From Candidatus Magasanikbacteria bacterium GW2011_GWA2_56_11 (GTDB lineage Bacteria > Patescibacteriota > Patescibacteriia > Magasanikbacterales > UBA922), in NCBI GenBank assembly GCA_001004885.1, contig LCRX01000004.1, positions 11,178-75,177 of the forward strand: DNA of 64,000 nucleotides. The letters are read 5' to 3'. Made by a program: the position numbers and the translations under genes. Under the pieces are notes generated by a model, which did no database searches, had not been told where the DNA came from, and saw only the letters and a list, made by a program, of their open reading frames with translations. This document shows positions 10,070 to 19,419 of the stretch, piece by piece; position 1 is the stretch's first letter; each line of letters begins with the position of its first letter.

Positions 10070-10191
10070 AGTATAGGTTTAGTTTTAAAAAAAGTCAACG
10101 GTTATATCGTAAGCGGCATTTAAATTTATTTTTGCTTATTTTTATGTAAAATAAGCAAAATATTGACAGAGACGCGAATCTGTGCTATAGT
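10070..10191. promoter_or_regulatory. Divergent promoters (TTGACT-N17-TATACT on minus, TTGACA-N17-TATAGT on plus) with a 13-bp palindrome between them
   Basis: TTTTGCTTATTTT-N5-AAAATAAGCAAAA at 10130-10160 lies next to the plus-strand -35 box. Confidence 0.7.
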
Positions 10192-10251
10192 CTAAAAAAT
10201 AGACATAGTGATTTTTTGGCTGAGTTAAGATAAATAATATCCACCGGCGGT

Positions 10252-10989
10252 ATGGATTTCGAGCTGCAAACAATTCAAAACCTTGGTTTAGACGAAAAAC
10301 AGGCCAAGGTTTACTTGGCCGCTCTGGAGCTGGGGCTGGCTTCGGTCTGCGAGCTGGCGGAAAAATCCGGGGTGAAAAGGACGAGTATCTATAATTTTTT
10401 GGAAGAAATGAAAGCGCGCCGTTTATTGTCCGAGGTCAAGAAAGGGGGAAAGGTTTTTTTTCAGCCGGGGAGTCCGGAGTTACTGGTGTCGCAGGCCAAG
10501 GAACAGCTCAAGAAGGTGCAGGATTCGGTTCCTTTTTTGCTGGGCTTGTATAATTTGCCGGCTAATAAGCCTAAAGTTAAATTTTTTTTGGGTATTGACG
10601 GCTTAAAAAATCTCTATGAAGAAATTTGGCAGGTGGGGGAGCCCATTTACGGTTATTCCGATTATGAAAAAATGCTGGGCGGAATGGACCAGGAGTATGT
10701 GGAGTACATGTGGGGGTTTGCCAAAAGGCGCGCGGCCCTGGGTATACCTTTTTACAGCATAACCGAGGATGGACCGTACGGCCGGCTGGCAGTGGCCAGG
10801 GACAAAGAGCAGAAACGCGTTACCAAGCTGGTCAAGGGCGGAGCGTTTGAAACCGAAGTAAATATCTACGGCAAATATGTGGCGATTGCCAGTTTTCGCC
10901 GCCCCTACGCCGGGGTGATTATCGAGGACGTGGCGATCGCCAAGACTATGAAGTCTATTTGGAAGATGCTCTGGGATAAACTCGAGTAA
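10252..10989 (+). CDS. TrmB-family transcriptional regulator
   Basis: LGLDEKQAKVYLAALELG...SGVKRTSIY HTH, then KPKVKFFLG effector domain. Confidence 0.85.
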   Translation: MDFELQTIQNLGLDEKQAKVYLAALELGLASVCELAEKSGVKRTSIYNFLEEMKARRLLSEVKKGGKVFFQPGSPELLVSQAKEQLKKVQDSVPFLLGLYNLPANKPKVKFFLGIDGLKNLYEEIWQVGEPIYGYSDYEKMLGGMDQEYVEYMWGFAKRRAALGIPFYSITEDGPYGRLAVARDKEQKRVTKLVKGGAFETEVNIYGKYVAIASFRRPYAGVIIEDVAIAKTMKSIWKMLWDKLE

Positions 10990-11062
10990 TATCCGGAGTC
11001 GGGGTGGGATAGAGGAAAGAAAATGGCATTCGCCGGCGTACTATATAGTATAAGCATAAATT

Positions 11063-11653
11063 ATGCTGACGGAGGCAGACGCCCGTGCCAAAAGCGACCG
11101 GGAACTTATCGCCCTCTCGGCTCGCGAGCCAGAGGTTTTTCTGTATTTGGTGCGGCGGTACGAAGACCGTCTGGCGCGGTTTGTCCGGCGGATATCGGCT
11201 GTCTCGGCCGAGGACGCCGAGGATATTTTGCAGGAAGCTTTTTTGAAAATGTACACGCATCTGCATAGCTACGATCCGCACTGGGAGTTTTCGTCGTGGG
11301 CTTACCGGATAGTCCGGCACGAGACGATCAGCGCCTTTCGCAAGCGCCAGGCCCGGCCGTGCGTTACCTTTGCCGATTTGGGCGATGAGGCGGTTTCGCG
11401 CCTGGCCTCGTTTGCGGATATGGCCGCGGAAACCGACCAGACGCTCGGCCGCGAGCGTCTGGAGCGGGCGCTCAATAAGCTGGATGTGAAGTACCGTGAG
11501 GCCGTGGTTCTAAAATTTTTGGAAGATAAAACTTACGATGAGATAGCGGATATATTAAAGCTGCCGCCCGGCACGGTGGCGACCCGGATTAACCGGGCGA
11601 AGAAAAAATTAGCCGGCATTTTGCGCCTAACCGCACCGTATGTCCGTAGCTGA
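11063..11653 (+). CDS. ECF RNA polymerase sigma factor
   Basis: DAEDILQEAFLK and FSSWAYRI (region 2); YDEIADILKLPPGTVATRINRAK (region 4). Confidence 0.92.
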   Translation: MLTEADARAKSDRELIALSAREPEVFLYLVRRYEDRLARFVRRISAVSAEDAEDILQEAFLKMYTHLHSYDPHWEFSSWAYRIVRHETISAFRKRQARPCVTFADLGDEAVSRLASFADMAAETDQTLGRERLERALNKLDVKYREAVVLKFLEDKTYDEIADILKLPPGTVATRINRAKKKLAGILRLTAPYVRS

Positions 11654-12401
11654 CAGGATTGGCAAAAAAATTCACGATGAACGCCTGACGCCCTCTCCGC
11701 GTTGGCACACAGCGGCCTCTCGGGCCGCGCTCTACACGCTCGCGGCGCTGGTGCTTATTTTGGGCGCGGTGGCCATCGCGGTTACCTGGTATATTGTCGA
11801 GCATTTCGACGCCGAAATGGCGCGCTACTCCCGGCGGGGGTTCGCCGCCGAATGGCTGCTGGCGCTGCCGTATGTCTGGATCGGGCTGTTTGTCTTGATC
11901 GCTGTTTTGCTGGTCGTACAAATTCGCCATGTGGGCCGGGGCTACCGGCTCCGCCTGTCTTTTTTGGCGACGGCAGCCGTGATTATCAGCTTGGCTACCG
12001 GCGCTATTCTGCGCAGCGCCGGAGTGGGCGACGTGGTGGACAGCTCCTTGGTGGAGGCAGTGCCCGGATACCGCGCGGCCGGATCGCTCCAGGAGCGGCA
12101 CTGGCTGCGGCCCGGCGACGGTCTGTTGGCCGGCGTTGTCCATGAGCGGCTGGCGGGACAGGAGTTTGTTCTCAAAGACGTCTCCGGGCGGCAGTGGCGG
12201 GTTATTGTCGTTTCGTCCACTATGCCGCAGCGCTTTATCCCGCCGACCGGCTCGCGCGTGCGCGTCGCCGGGGAACTTTTGGACGAAGACCGTTTCCGGG
12301 CATACTTCATCCGGCCGCTCATGCCGGGCAAGCGGCGGTTTATGCACCGCCTGCTGGAGAGACCGCCCCAGGGCAACCTGCCGGCGCACCTTTCGCCGTG
12401 A
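11640..12401 (+). CDS. Membrane protein, putative anti-sigma or sigma-associated factor
   Basis: Three TM segments plus a soluble C-terminal domain; overlaps the ECF sigma stop. Confidence 0.6.
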   Translation: MSVADRIGKKIHDERLTPSPRWHTAASRAALYTLAALVLILGAVAIAVTWYIVEHFDAEMARYSRRGFAAEWLLALPYVWIGLFVLIAVLLVVQIRHVGRGYRLRLSFLATAAVIISLATGAILRSAGVGDVVDSSLVEAVPGYRAAGSLQERHWLRPGDGLLAGVVHERLAGQEFVLKDVSGRQWRVIVVSSTMPQRFIPPTGSRVRVAGELLDEDRFRAYFIRPLMPGKRRFMHRLLERPPQGNLPAHLSP

Positions 12402-12487
12402 AAGAAACTCATGGGCGGCCGCGTAATACCCTATAGGCGCGAGTTTATCGCGCCGGAGCGGGCCCGCTCATTAATATATCTTTATCT

Positions 12488-13081
12488 ATGCCTTTGCCAA
12501 TTACAGCCCTCGCGGCCTTGGGAATGACTGGAGCCCTTATGGCCGGCGGCCCGGCGGCGGCCAGTTGGCCGAATCGCCATATGGGCGGCCTGGGTCTCGG
12601 TTCCGAGACGCACCAGGCCGTGCACCAGGCCATGGCGGCGCATGATTATGCCGCCTTTAAGACTGCCGTGGGCGACAAACTGCCTGCGGGCATGACCGAG
12701 GAGAAGTTTAACCAGCTCGCGGACAACTTAGCCGGGAGAAAAGACAAGTTTCTGGCGAAACACCCAGGGGTTAGTCTTGACGCCGAGTCTGCGGCGGCGT
12801 TTAAAACGGCCCTGGAACAGAAAGATTACGATGCCTGGAAAAAAATTGTCGGCGATAAGGCGCCATTGGGCACCCTGATTACCAAAGACAATTTTGGCTT
12901 GTTCGTTGATAGGCACAATTTGATGCGGGCCGGAAAGTTTAAGGAGGCCGAGGAACTGCGCGTCAAGCTGGGTTTACCGGAGATGAAAATGAAAAGGCTG
13001 CATTCCGGCCGAAAGATAATGAAAGGGGTGAGGGCCGAGCGGCGCGCGGATCGGACAGCGCCGGAAGCGCCGCAGAGCTAG
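12488..13081 (+). CDS. Secreted hypothetical protein with an internal repeat (A..DY.A.K..VGDK twice)
   Basis: Signal peptide; HDYAAFKTAVGDK and KDYDAWKKIVGDK repeats. Confidence 0.75.
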   Translation: MPLPITALAALGMTGALMAGGPAAASWPNRHMGGLGLGSETHQAVHQAMAAHDYAAFKTAVGDKLPAGMTEEKFNQLADNLAGRKDKFLAKHPGVSLDAESAAAFKTALEQKDYDAWKKIVGDKAPLGTLITKDNFGLFVDRHNLMRAGKFKEAEELRVKLGLPEMKMKRLHSGRKIMKGVRAERRADRTAPEAPQS

Positions 13082-13104
13082 GGGAACAGCGGAAATTTTA
13101 GACG

Positions 13105-13135
13105 CAAAAACCACCATACGCTATGGTGGTTTTTG
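13105..13135 (+). terminator. Intrinsic terminator
   Basis: CAAAAACCACCATA-cgc-TATGGTGGTTTTTG. Confidence 0.8.
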
Positions 13136-13282
13136 TTGGTGGCTCGTCTGGCAGGACAAATCAGACGAGGCGGACAGATTGGAACTTGGAGCGACAGAGA
13201 GCAGCGGCGGTTAGGGGATTTTCGTGAGTTAAACAGCTTTGACCCGCTGGCGGCGGAATGGTATCATGAGAGGACTTTATAT

Positions 13283-14701
13283 ATGAAAAAATCCGTTGCC
13301 GCCATTGACTTTAACCCTCAGTTCACGGTTGCTTTTGCTGCCATGGAAAAAACTCGCAAGCACATATTTTTGACCGGCCGGGCCGGCACGGGCAAGTCTA
13401 CGTTGCTCCAGCATTTTCGGCTTCATACCAAGAAGAAGATCGCGGTGCTGGCCCCGACCGGGGTCGCGGCCGTGAATGTTTCCGGACAAACTATCCACTC
13501 TTTTTTTCACTTCAAGCCGGACATCACCGTCTCGAAGGTGGAGCGCCTGCCGCCGGACGAGGCGGTGCTTTACGTCAATCTAGATACGATTGTCATTGAT
13601 GAAATCTCCATGGTTCGGGCGGATCTCCTCGACTGCGCGGACACGTTTTTAAGACTGAACGGGCCGGACAAGCGCCGGCCGTTCGGCGGCGTGCAGATGA
13701 TTTTTGTCGGCGACCTCCACCAGCTGCCGCCGGTCGTAACTGCGGACGAGGAGTCTATTTTTTCCTCGCACTACGCCAGCCCCTATTTTTTTTCGGCCCA
13801 AGTTTTTTCGGGGCCACCGCAGCAGCGGGAATTGTTTGACGATCGGCTGGATTTTTGTTTGGAACTCATTGAACTAAAAAAGATTTACCGCCAGACTGAC
13901 CGTAAGTTTATCAGCCTTCTCAACGCTATCCGCGATAACGCCGCGACTGACCAGGATATCCGTACTCTCAACAGCCGCTGCGTCGAGCATGAAGCCGTGG
14001 CGCGCGACGACCTCGCCATGTATCTCATGACGACCAACGCCATGGCCGCGGAGCGCAATGCCCGCGAACTGGCGCAGCTTAAGGGCACGGAGCATGTCTA
14101 CCCTGGCACGGTCAAAGGCGTTTTCGATTATAAGGCTCTGCCGACAGATATGACGCTCGCGGTGAAAGTCGGGGCGCAGGTTATGATGCTCACGAACGAT
14201 CCGGAGGGCCGCTGGATCAACGGCACGACCGGCACGGTCAAAAGCATCAAGCACGACGAAGAGATCAAGGCGGATCTGATTAAAATCGAACTCGCGACCG
14301 GGCGGACTGTTTCCGTCGGACCGCATACCTGGGACATGTTCGAGTTCACCTACGACCGTTCGAGCCAGATGATCACCTCGGACACGGTCGGCTCGTTCAT
14401 CCAGTATCCGTTCAAGCTGGCCTGGGCCATCACGATCCACAAGGCCCAGGGCAAGACGTTCGAGCGGGTGGTGCTCGACATCGGGCGGGGGACGTTTTCG
14501 CCCGGCCAGCTCTACGTGGCCCTGTCGCGCGTTACGAGCCTGGAGGGGCTGAAGTTGACGAAGCCGATTCAGCCGCGCCATATCTGGAACGACCGCCGGG
14601 TGGCGGAGTTTTTGCGCGCTCTCTCGGGTCGAGCCCGGCCTGCTACTTGCCTTTTGCCCGGAAAGAGGATAGACTCCACACCCGATTCAATTAATAATTA
14701 A
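13283..14701 (+). CDS. PIF1-like SF1B DNA helicase
   Basis: TGRAGTGKS, APTGVAA, DEISM, FGGVQMIFVGDLHQLPPV, AWAITIHKAQG, YVALSR. Confidence 0.92.
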   Translation: MKKSVAAIDFNPQFTVAFAAMEKTRKHIFLTGRAGTGKSTLLQHFRLHTKKKIAVLAPTGVAAVNVSGQTIHSFFHFKPDITVSKVERLPPDEAVLYVNLDTIVIDEISMVRADLLDCADTFLRLNGPDKRRPFGGVQMIFVGDLHQLPPVVTADEESIFSSHYASPYFFSAQVFSGPPQQRELFDDRLDFCLELIELKKIYRQTDRKFISLLNAIRDNAATDQDIRTLNSRCVEHEAVARDDLAMYLMTTNAMAAERNARELAQLKGTEHVYPGTVKGVFDYKALPTDMTLAVKVGAQVMMLTNDPEGRWINGTTGTVKSIKHDEEIKADLIKIELATGRTVSVGPHTWDMFEFTYDRSSQMITSDTVGSFIQYPFKLAWAITIHKAQGKTFERVVLDIGRGTFSPGQLYVALSRVTSLEGLKLTKPIQPRHIWNDRRVAEFLRALSGRARPATCLLPGKRIDSTPDSINN

Positions 14702-14713
14702 TGATTGAGCAGT

Positions 14714-15208
14714 ATGGCGTTTTATAACAAAGAAAAGAGAACCGGCGCCGGCGGACCGAATAAATTCGGCGGCCGGGGCAATAAAGACCGCCAATTCGGC
14801 GGCCGGGGATTCGGCGGCCGCGACGCCGGCCGACCGGCAATGTACCAAGCGGTCTGCGACAAATGCGGCGCCGATTGCGAAGTCCCCTTTCGGCCGACCG
14901 GCAACCGGCCGGTATTTTGCCGCGCGTGTTTTGGAAAACAGGGAGCCGCCCAGGCGGATCGCCCGGCCGGCAGAAACTTCGCCGACCCGGGTTACGGCAA
15001 CAAACGAGTCCGTGAGTTTGACCCGGGCAGAAGCGCGGATAAAAGCACCCAGAATTTCAAGGAACAGTTCGACCTCCTGAACGCCAAGCTGGATAGGATT
15101 TTGGAGACGTTGGCCGCGCCGGCCCCCCGGACCGAGACGCCCGAGGAGATAGAAGAAGAGGCAGCTCCGGTGAAAGTTAAAAAAGTAAAAAAAGCCAAGA
15201 AGAAATAG
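14714..15208 (+). CDS. CxxC-x17-CxxC zinc-ribbon domain protein
   Basis: AVCDKCGADCEVPFRPTGNRPVFCRACF with Gly/Arg-rich N-terminus. Confidence 0.85.
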   Translation: MAFYNKEKRTGAGGPNKFGGRGNKDRQFGGRGFGGRDAGRPAMYQAVCDKCGADCEVPFRPTGNRPVFCRACFGKQGAAQADRPAGRNFADPGYGNKRVREFDPGRSADKSTQNFKEQFDLLNAKLDRILETLAAPAPRTETPEEIEEEAAPVKVKKVKKAKKK

Positions 15209-15323
15209 CGAGTAAGCAGCCTAAAGAACTGTCCCCAAAGGACGGTTTTTTAGTACTCCGGTCGCCCCGGCCGCTGCCAAGGCCGGTAATTTGTGGTACA
15301 GTAGCGGCATAGAATTTGAACTT

Positions 15324-16694
15324 ATGCTTCGTTCTGACGACTTCCAACTTACTTTGGCTACGGGTCTGGATGCCCCGACATCCGTGGCCGCCTATCTGGC
15401 GGCGCTCAACGCGGCTCTTAGGAATAAGCCGGCCCGGGTGATCGGGGAGGTGGGCGCGATAAAAATCGCGAGCTCGGGCCACGCGTATTTTTCTCTGCGC
15501 GATGCCGACAACGACAGCGTGCTGCAGTGCGTGGTGTGGCGGTCGCGCTACGCGCTCTACGGCGTCGAGCTCCGGGACGGGATGCAGATAGTAGTTTCGG
15601 GCACGCCCGAAGTGTATGCGCCCCGCGGTTCGCTGTCGTTTATCGTGGAGAGTCTCGAACTTGTAGGGGAGGGCGCGTTGTGGAAGCGGTACCAGGAATT
15701 GAAACAGAAATTAACGCTTGAGGGAGCGTTCGCGGACGAGCGCAAACGGCCGTTGCCGGAGTACATCGAGAACGTGGGCGTCATTACTTCGGCTCAGGGC
15801 GCGGTTATCCATGATTTTTTGAACAATCTGGGCCAGTTTGGATTCAAGATTCACTTTGTCGACGCCCGGGTAGAAGGCCCGCGCGCCGCGCCGGACTTTA
15901 TCGCGGGCCTACGCGCCCTGCGCCGGCGCCCGCTCGATGCGGTCGTAATCATGCGCGGCGGCGGATCGCTCGAGTCGCTCGCCGGTTTCGATAACGAACT
16001 CCTTGTCCGCGAGATCGTCGGCTTTCCCGCGCCGGTGATTGCCGGTATCGGGCACCACAAAGACGTGCCGCTCGCGGCGCTGGCGGCCGACCGCGCCGTT
16101 TCGACCCCGACGGCCGTAACGCAGCTTCTCAACGCGCCTTATCAGCGGGCGGGACACGAGATTGCGCGCCACGAAGACGCCATCTCCGGGCGGTACCGTT
16201 CGTTCTTGGAGGGGATCGGGCAGAACTTGGATTGGAGTGAAGGTAAGATTTATGACCGCTTCGAACGAAGCCTGGAAGCGCATGGTCGCGAGTTCGAAAT
16301 TATGACCGAGCGCGGGCAGTCGCGGCTGGAAAGTATTTTCGCAGGCTACGACGAGGTCGTCCGGCGTTTGGCCTCCGGAGTCGGGCGTACGGGCAGGGCG
16401 GTGGCTGCGGCCGAACAAACCGCGGCTGGGCTGGGTGCCCGCTCCGCCGCGCTCTATGCCCGGGTCCTTGTCCGCGCCGAGGCGTATTTTTGGCAATCCG
16501 AACACCTGGTACGCGCCCACGATCCGGAGCGGCGCCTAAGGCAGGGCTACAGTATTGTCTGGAAAAATGGTAGAGTAGTGAAGAGCGCGGCCGATGTGGC
16601 GCCCGAAGATTTGATTGACATCCAAACCAATGACGGATCAATCGCCGGTAACGTCATCGGAGTTAGCCGCCGCCAGAATTTATCTCCAAAATAA
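15324..16694 (+). CDS. xseA: Exodeoxyribonuclease VII large subunit
   Basis: SGHAYFSLRD OB-fold, RGGGSLESL, GIGH, TPTA, LRQGYS. Confidence 0.95.
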   Translation: MLRSDDFQLTLATGLDAPTSVAAYLAALNAALRNKPARVIGEVGAIKIASSGHAYFSLRDADNDSVLQCVVWRSRYALYGVELRDGMQIVVSGTPEVYAPRGSLSFIVESLELVGEGALWKRYQELKQKLTLEGAFADERKRPLPEYIENVGVITSAQGAVIHDFLNNLGQFGFKIHFVDARVEGPRAAPDFIAGLRALRRRPLDAVVIMRGGGSLESLAGFDNELLVREIVGFPAPVIAGIGHHKDVPLAALAADRAVSTPTAVTQLLNAPYQRAGHEIARHEDAISGRYRSFLEGIGQNLDWSEGKIYDRFERSLEAHGREFEIMTERGQSRLESIFAGYDEVVRRLASGVGRTGRAVAAAEQTAAGLGARSAALYARVLVRAEAYFWQSEHLVRAHDPERRLRQGYSIVWKNGRVVKSAADVAPEDLIDIQTNDGSIAGNVIGVSRRQNLSPK

Positions 16695-16708
16695 TTTCTC
16701 ATTTTTGT

Positions 16709-16972
16709 ATGCCGCCCAAAACTAAAGCCAAGGATTCGGTGAACTTGACCCGCACTCTGGGAAGACTCCAAGAGATAGCCGAGTGGTTTGACGCCCAGGA
16801 AGAGGTGGATATCGAGGAGGGGCTCGAGAAGGTAAAAGAAGCGGCAGTTCTGATTAAGGCGGGCAGAAGGCGCCTGACCGAGGTGAAGAACGAATTTGAA
16901 GCGGTGAAAAAAGAGATGGGAACAGAAGAAACAGCCGTGATTTCGCCAGAGGCGGAGGAGATGACGTTCTAG
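16709..16972 (+). CDS. xseB: Exodeoxyribonuclease VII small subunit
   Basis: RLQEIAEWF...DIEEGL coiled coil directly after xseA. Confidence 0.9.
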   Translation: MPPKTKAKDSVNLTRTLGRLQEIAEWFDAQEEVDIEEGLEKVKEAAVLIKAGRRRLTEVKNEFEAVKKEMGTEETAVISPEAEEMTF

Positions 16973-16987
16973 CGGGACGAACAAAAA

Positions 16988-17008
16988 AATACCATTGCCA
17001 ATGGTATT
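16988..17008. terminator. Hairpin between convergent genes, with T-tract on the minus strand
   Basis: AATACCATTG-c-CAATGGTATT preceded by an A-run. Confidence 0.7.
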
Positions 17009-17067
17009 GTGGCCGCCGCTCCCTTAGACGGTGAGTCTTCGGGAGCGGCGTTGTTTGATGCCTACGA

Positions 17068-17409
17068 TCAGGCGGCGCGTGGCATCACTTCCTCGGAGCA
17101 TCGCCCGCAGCGCCAGACCGGCCCGCTGCGGATGGCCGTGGTGGGCCCGCATTTCGGGCAGTGCCCCTGGCCGCTGCCGCTCTCGTTGTCGATGACGGGC
17201 GGCTGTACCTGCCGCGTGAGGGGCGGGGCGCAGTTGAGGCAGACGCCGTTGGCCATGGTCGTCTGCCGCCGGCACAGGTCGCACTCCTGCATCTCGATGG
17301 TGACGTTTAAGCCTTCATGGCTCATCACCTTAAAGCCGGCGAGGGCAAGCTCGAGGCAGAACTGCTCCACTATGTGGGCGACTTCCGGGTTTAGGACAGC
17401 ATCGGACAT
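17068..17409 (-). CDS. Orphan double zinc-ribbon protein (four CxxC pairs)
   Basis: CDLC, CLNC, CPKC, CGRC; AAGGAGGT SD; TTGCAA-N17-TAGTGT promoter. Confidence 0.75.
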   Translation of the reverse strand: MSDAVLNPEVAHIVEQFCLELALAGFKVMSHEGLNVTIEMQECDLCRRQTTMANGVCLNCAPPLTRQVQPPVIDNESGSGQGHCPKCGPTTAIRSGPVWRCGRCSEEVMPRAA

Positions 17410-17590
17410 CGGGACCTCCTTGTTACGCACACACTAGCGGTTTTGGGAGTTTTTTGCAAGTGGAGGCGGCCAGTTAAGGTGTATGGGTCTACGTAGAAAT
17501 CAGCCGGGCGCAGAAGCTACCTTATTTTTGGCCGTCGAAAGTGGTACAGTACCAGAGGGCAAAATGTTTGCCCTCTAATTGTACTTTAAT

Positions 17591-17776
17591 ATGTCCATGA
17601 GAAAAGTCGCCGATTGCCGCAAGATGCCGAGCGAAAAGAACTGTTCGGTAGTGATCAGCGGCACGGAAGAAGAAGTCGTACCGCTGGCGGTGCATCACGC
17701 CGTGTCCGACCACGGCCACGAGGATACGCCAGAGCTCCGGGATGAGGTCCGCCGTACTCTGGAGGACGAAGTATGA
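17591..17776 (+). CDS. DUF1059-like small metal-binding protein
   Basis: ADCRKMPSEKNCSVVISGTEEEV...HAVSDHGH. Confidence 0.85.
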   Translation: MSMRKVADCRKMPSEKNCSVVISGTEEEVVPLAVHHAVSDHGHEDTPELRDEVRRTLEDEV

Positions 17777-17876
17777 GTGGCGCAGCCGATGGCTGGAATC
17801 TGGCTTACGGCCAGGTTCCAGTGTTTTTCCGGCTCCGTCGCCGGCACTGCCGAGCTTTGTCCGCCGGGATCGATTT

Positions 17877-18599
17877 ATGACAGCCGCATCCTCCACAAAA
17901 ACCACTGCCGGGGCCGTGCGGCGGGCGCTGAGGGCAGACGCCCAACCAGAGCGGGCGCGGACGAATGCCTGGTTTTTCAAAACCGGTAGGGGAGAGTATG
18001 GCGAACATGATAAATTTATCGGGGTGGCCAACCCGGACATGCGCCGAGTGGCGCGGGAGTACCGAGATTTGCCGCTCGAAGAGATCGAAAGTTTGCTGCA
18101 CTCGCCCTGGCACGAAGAACGCCAGACAGCGCTGTTCATCCTGACGTTGCAATTCGCCCGCGCCGGCCGGCGTACGCGCCGGGAGATTTATCGGTTTTAC
18201 CTGGCCAATACCGCCTGGATAAACAACTGGGACCTGGTGGATTGCTCGGCTTATAAAATTTTAGGTCCTTACCTGGCGGATAAGCCGGCCGCGGTGTTAA
18301 CCCGGCTCGCGCGTTCAAAAAATCTCTGGGAACGCCGCCTAGCGATTGTGGCCACGCTGGCTTTTATCGTCGAGCGGCGGTTTGAACAGACCCTAAAATT
18401 GGCCGTCATTTTGCTCCATGACGAGCACGATTTGTTGCACAAGGCCGTCGGCTGGATGCTGCGGGAGGTGGGAAAACAGGACCGCCGGGAGCTGCGGAAT
18501 TTTTTAGATACTCACGCCGGCCAAATGCCCCGGACGATGCTCCGCTACGCGATTGAAAAGTTTCCGGACAAAGAGCGTCGAAAATATCTGAGCCGGTAG
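17877..18599 (+). CDS. DNA alkylation repair protein (AlkD-like)
   Basis: FFKTGRGEYGE, INNWDLVD, HKAVGWMLREVGK, PRTMLRYAIE. Confidence 0.92.
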   Translation: MTAASSTKTTAGAVRRALRADAQPERARTNAWFFKTGRGEYGEHDKFIGVANPDMRRVAREYRDLPLEEIESLLHSPWHEERQTALFILTLQFARAGRRTRREIYRFYLANTAWINNWDLVDCSAYKILGPYLADKPAAVLTRLARSKNLWERRLAIVATLAFIVERRFEQTLKLAVILLHDEHDLLHKAVGWMLREVGKQDRRELRNFLDTHAGQMPRTMLRYAIEKFPDKERRKYLSR

Positions 18600-18619
18600 A
18601 CAACCCGGCAAATGTAGTT

Positions 18620-19384
18620 ATGCTCACCCCGCACGAGGCCACCAACCGGCGTATCTTCAGCCGCGTAGCGAAGCGCTATGATTCCCCGCTTGCCCGCCGG
18701 GTATATTTCGGGCGGCTCTACCGCCATCTTTTGAAAATACTTGAACGCGAGGCCGGCACTACTCTCGGCGGCGCACGCGTACTGGATGTTGCCTGCGGCA
18801 CTGGCGAGATAATAAACAACCTGGCCCGGCGCTTTTCGGGTTCTGCCTACACCGGCCTCGATATTACCCCGGCGATGCTCGAGCGGGCAAAAAAGAAAAC
18901 CGCCGGCCTGGCCAACGTATCTTTTGTCGAGGCAACCGTGGATGAATTGCCGTTTTTGGACGGTGCGTTTGACTTGGTAATCTGTTCTGAAGCCTTTCAT
19001 CACTTCTCCGATCCAGGCCGGGCTCTAAGCGAAATGCGCCGCGTACTCTCGCTCCGGGGCAGACTGTTATTGGTTGATCCGGCGTTCAACCGGCCGTGGA
19101 TAAGGCGCCTGGCCAATAAATTTTTACCGCGCCTGGAGCACGCCCACGCCGTCTACAGTACAGGGGAATTAGCCGGGTTGATGGAAAATTACGGATTTAC
19201 GGTCGAGTTTCGTTCGACATACGCCCTGAATAGCTTTATACTGGGGGCCAAAAAGAACTCACAGCGAGTTTCCCCCCTTTCGCCTCAAACAGAGACTGAT
19301 TTTCACGGCCCCAAAACTCGCTCTTACAGGCTCAGACATTGGTGCCGTAAAAATCAGTCTCTGTTTCGGCTCGACTTAGGATAG
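18620..19384 (+). CDS. Class I SAM-dependent methyltransferase; C-terminus read through into MITE copy 3
   Basis: VLDVACGTG, GLDIT, LPF...FDLV, HHFSD; the last 42 or so codons derive from the repeat. Confidence 0.9.
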   Translation: MLTPHEATNRRIFSRVAKRYDSPLARRVYFGRLYRHLLKILEREAGTTLGGARVLDVACGTGEIINNLARRFSGSAYTGLDITPAMLERAKKKTAGLANVSFVEATVDELPFLDGAFDLVICSEAFHHFSDPGRALSEMRRVLSLRGRLLLVDPAFNRPWIRRLANKFLPRLEHAHAVYSTGELAGLMENYGFTVEFRSTYALNSFILGAKKNSQRVSPLSPQTETDFHGPKTRSYRLRHWCRKNQSLFRLDLG

Positions 19385-19410
19385 AATTGCTAGTAACTCA
19401 CTACCAGTTC
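19255..19410 (+). mobile_element. MITE-like repeat, copy 3 (156 bp, AAA/AAA duplication)
   Basis: GAACT...AGTTC ends; removing it restores an ATGA stop/start overlap. Confidence 0.92.
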
Positions 19411-19419
19411 AAAGTCTAT

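Noticed and set aside
14300-14600. GC3-rich patch in the PIF1-like helicase as a recombined segment
   Set aside because: Impression by eye only, and it coincides with the most conserved motifs.
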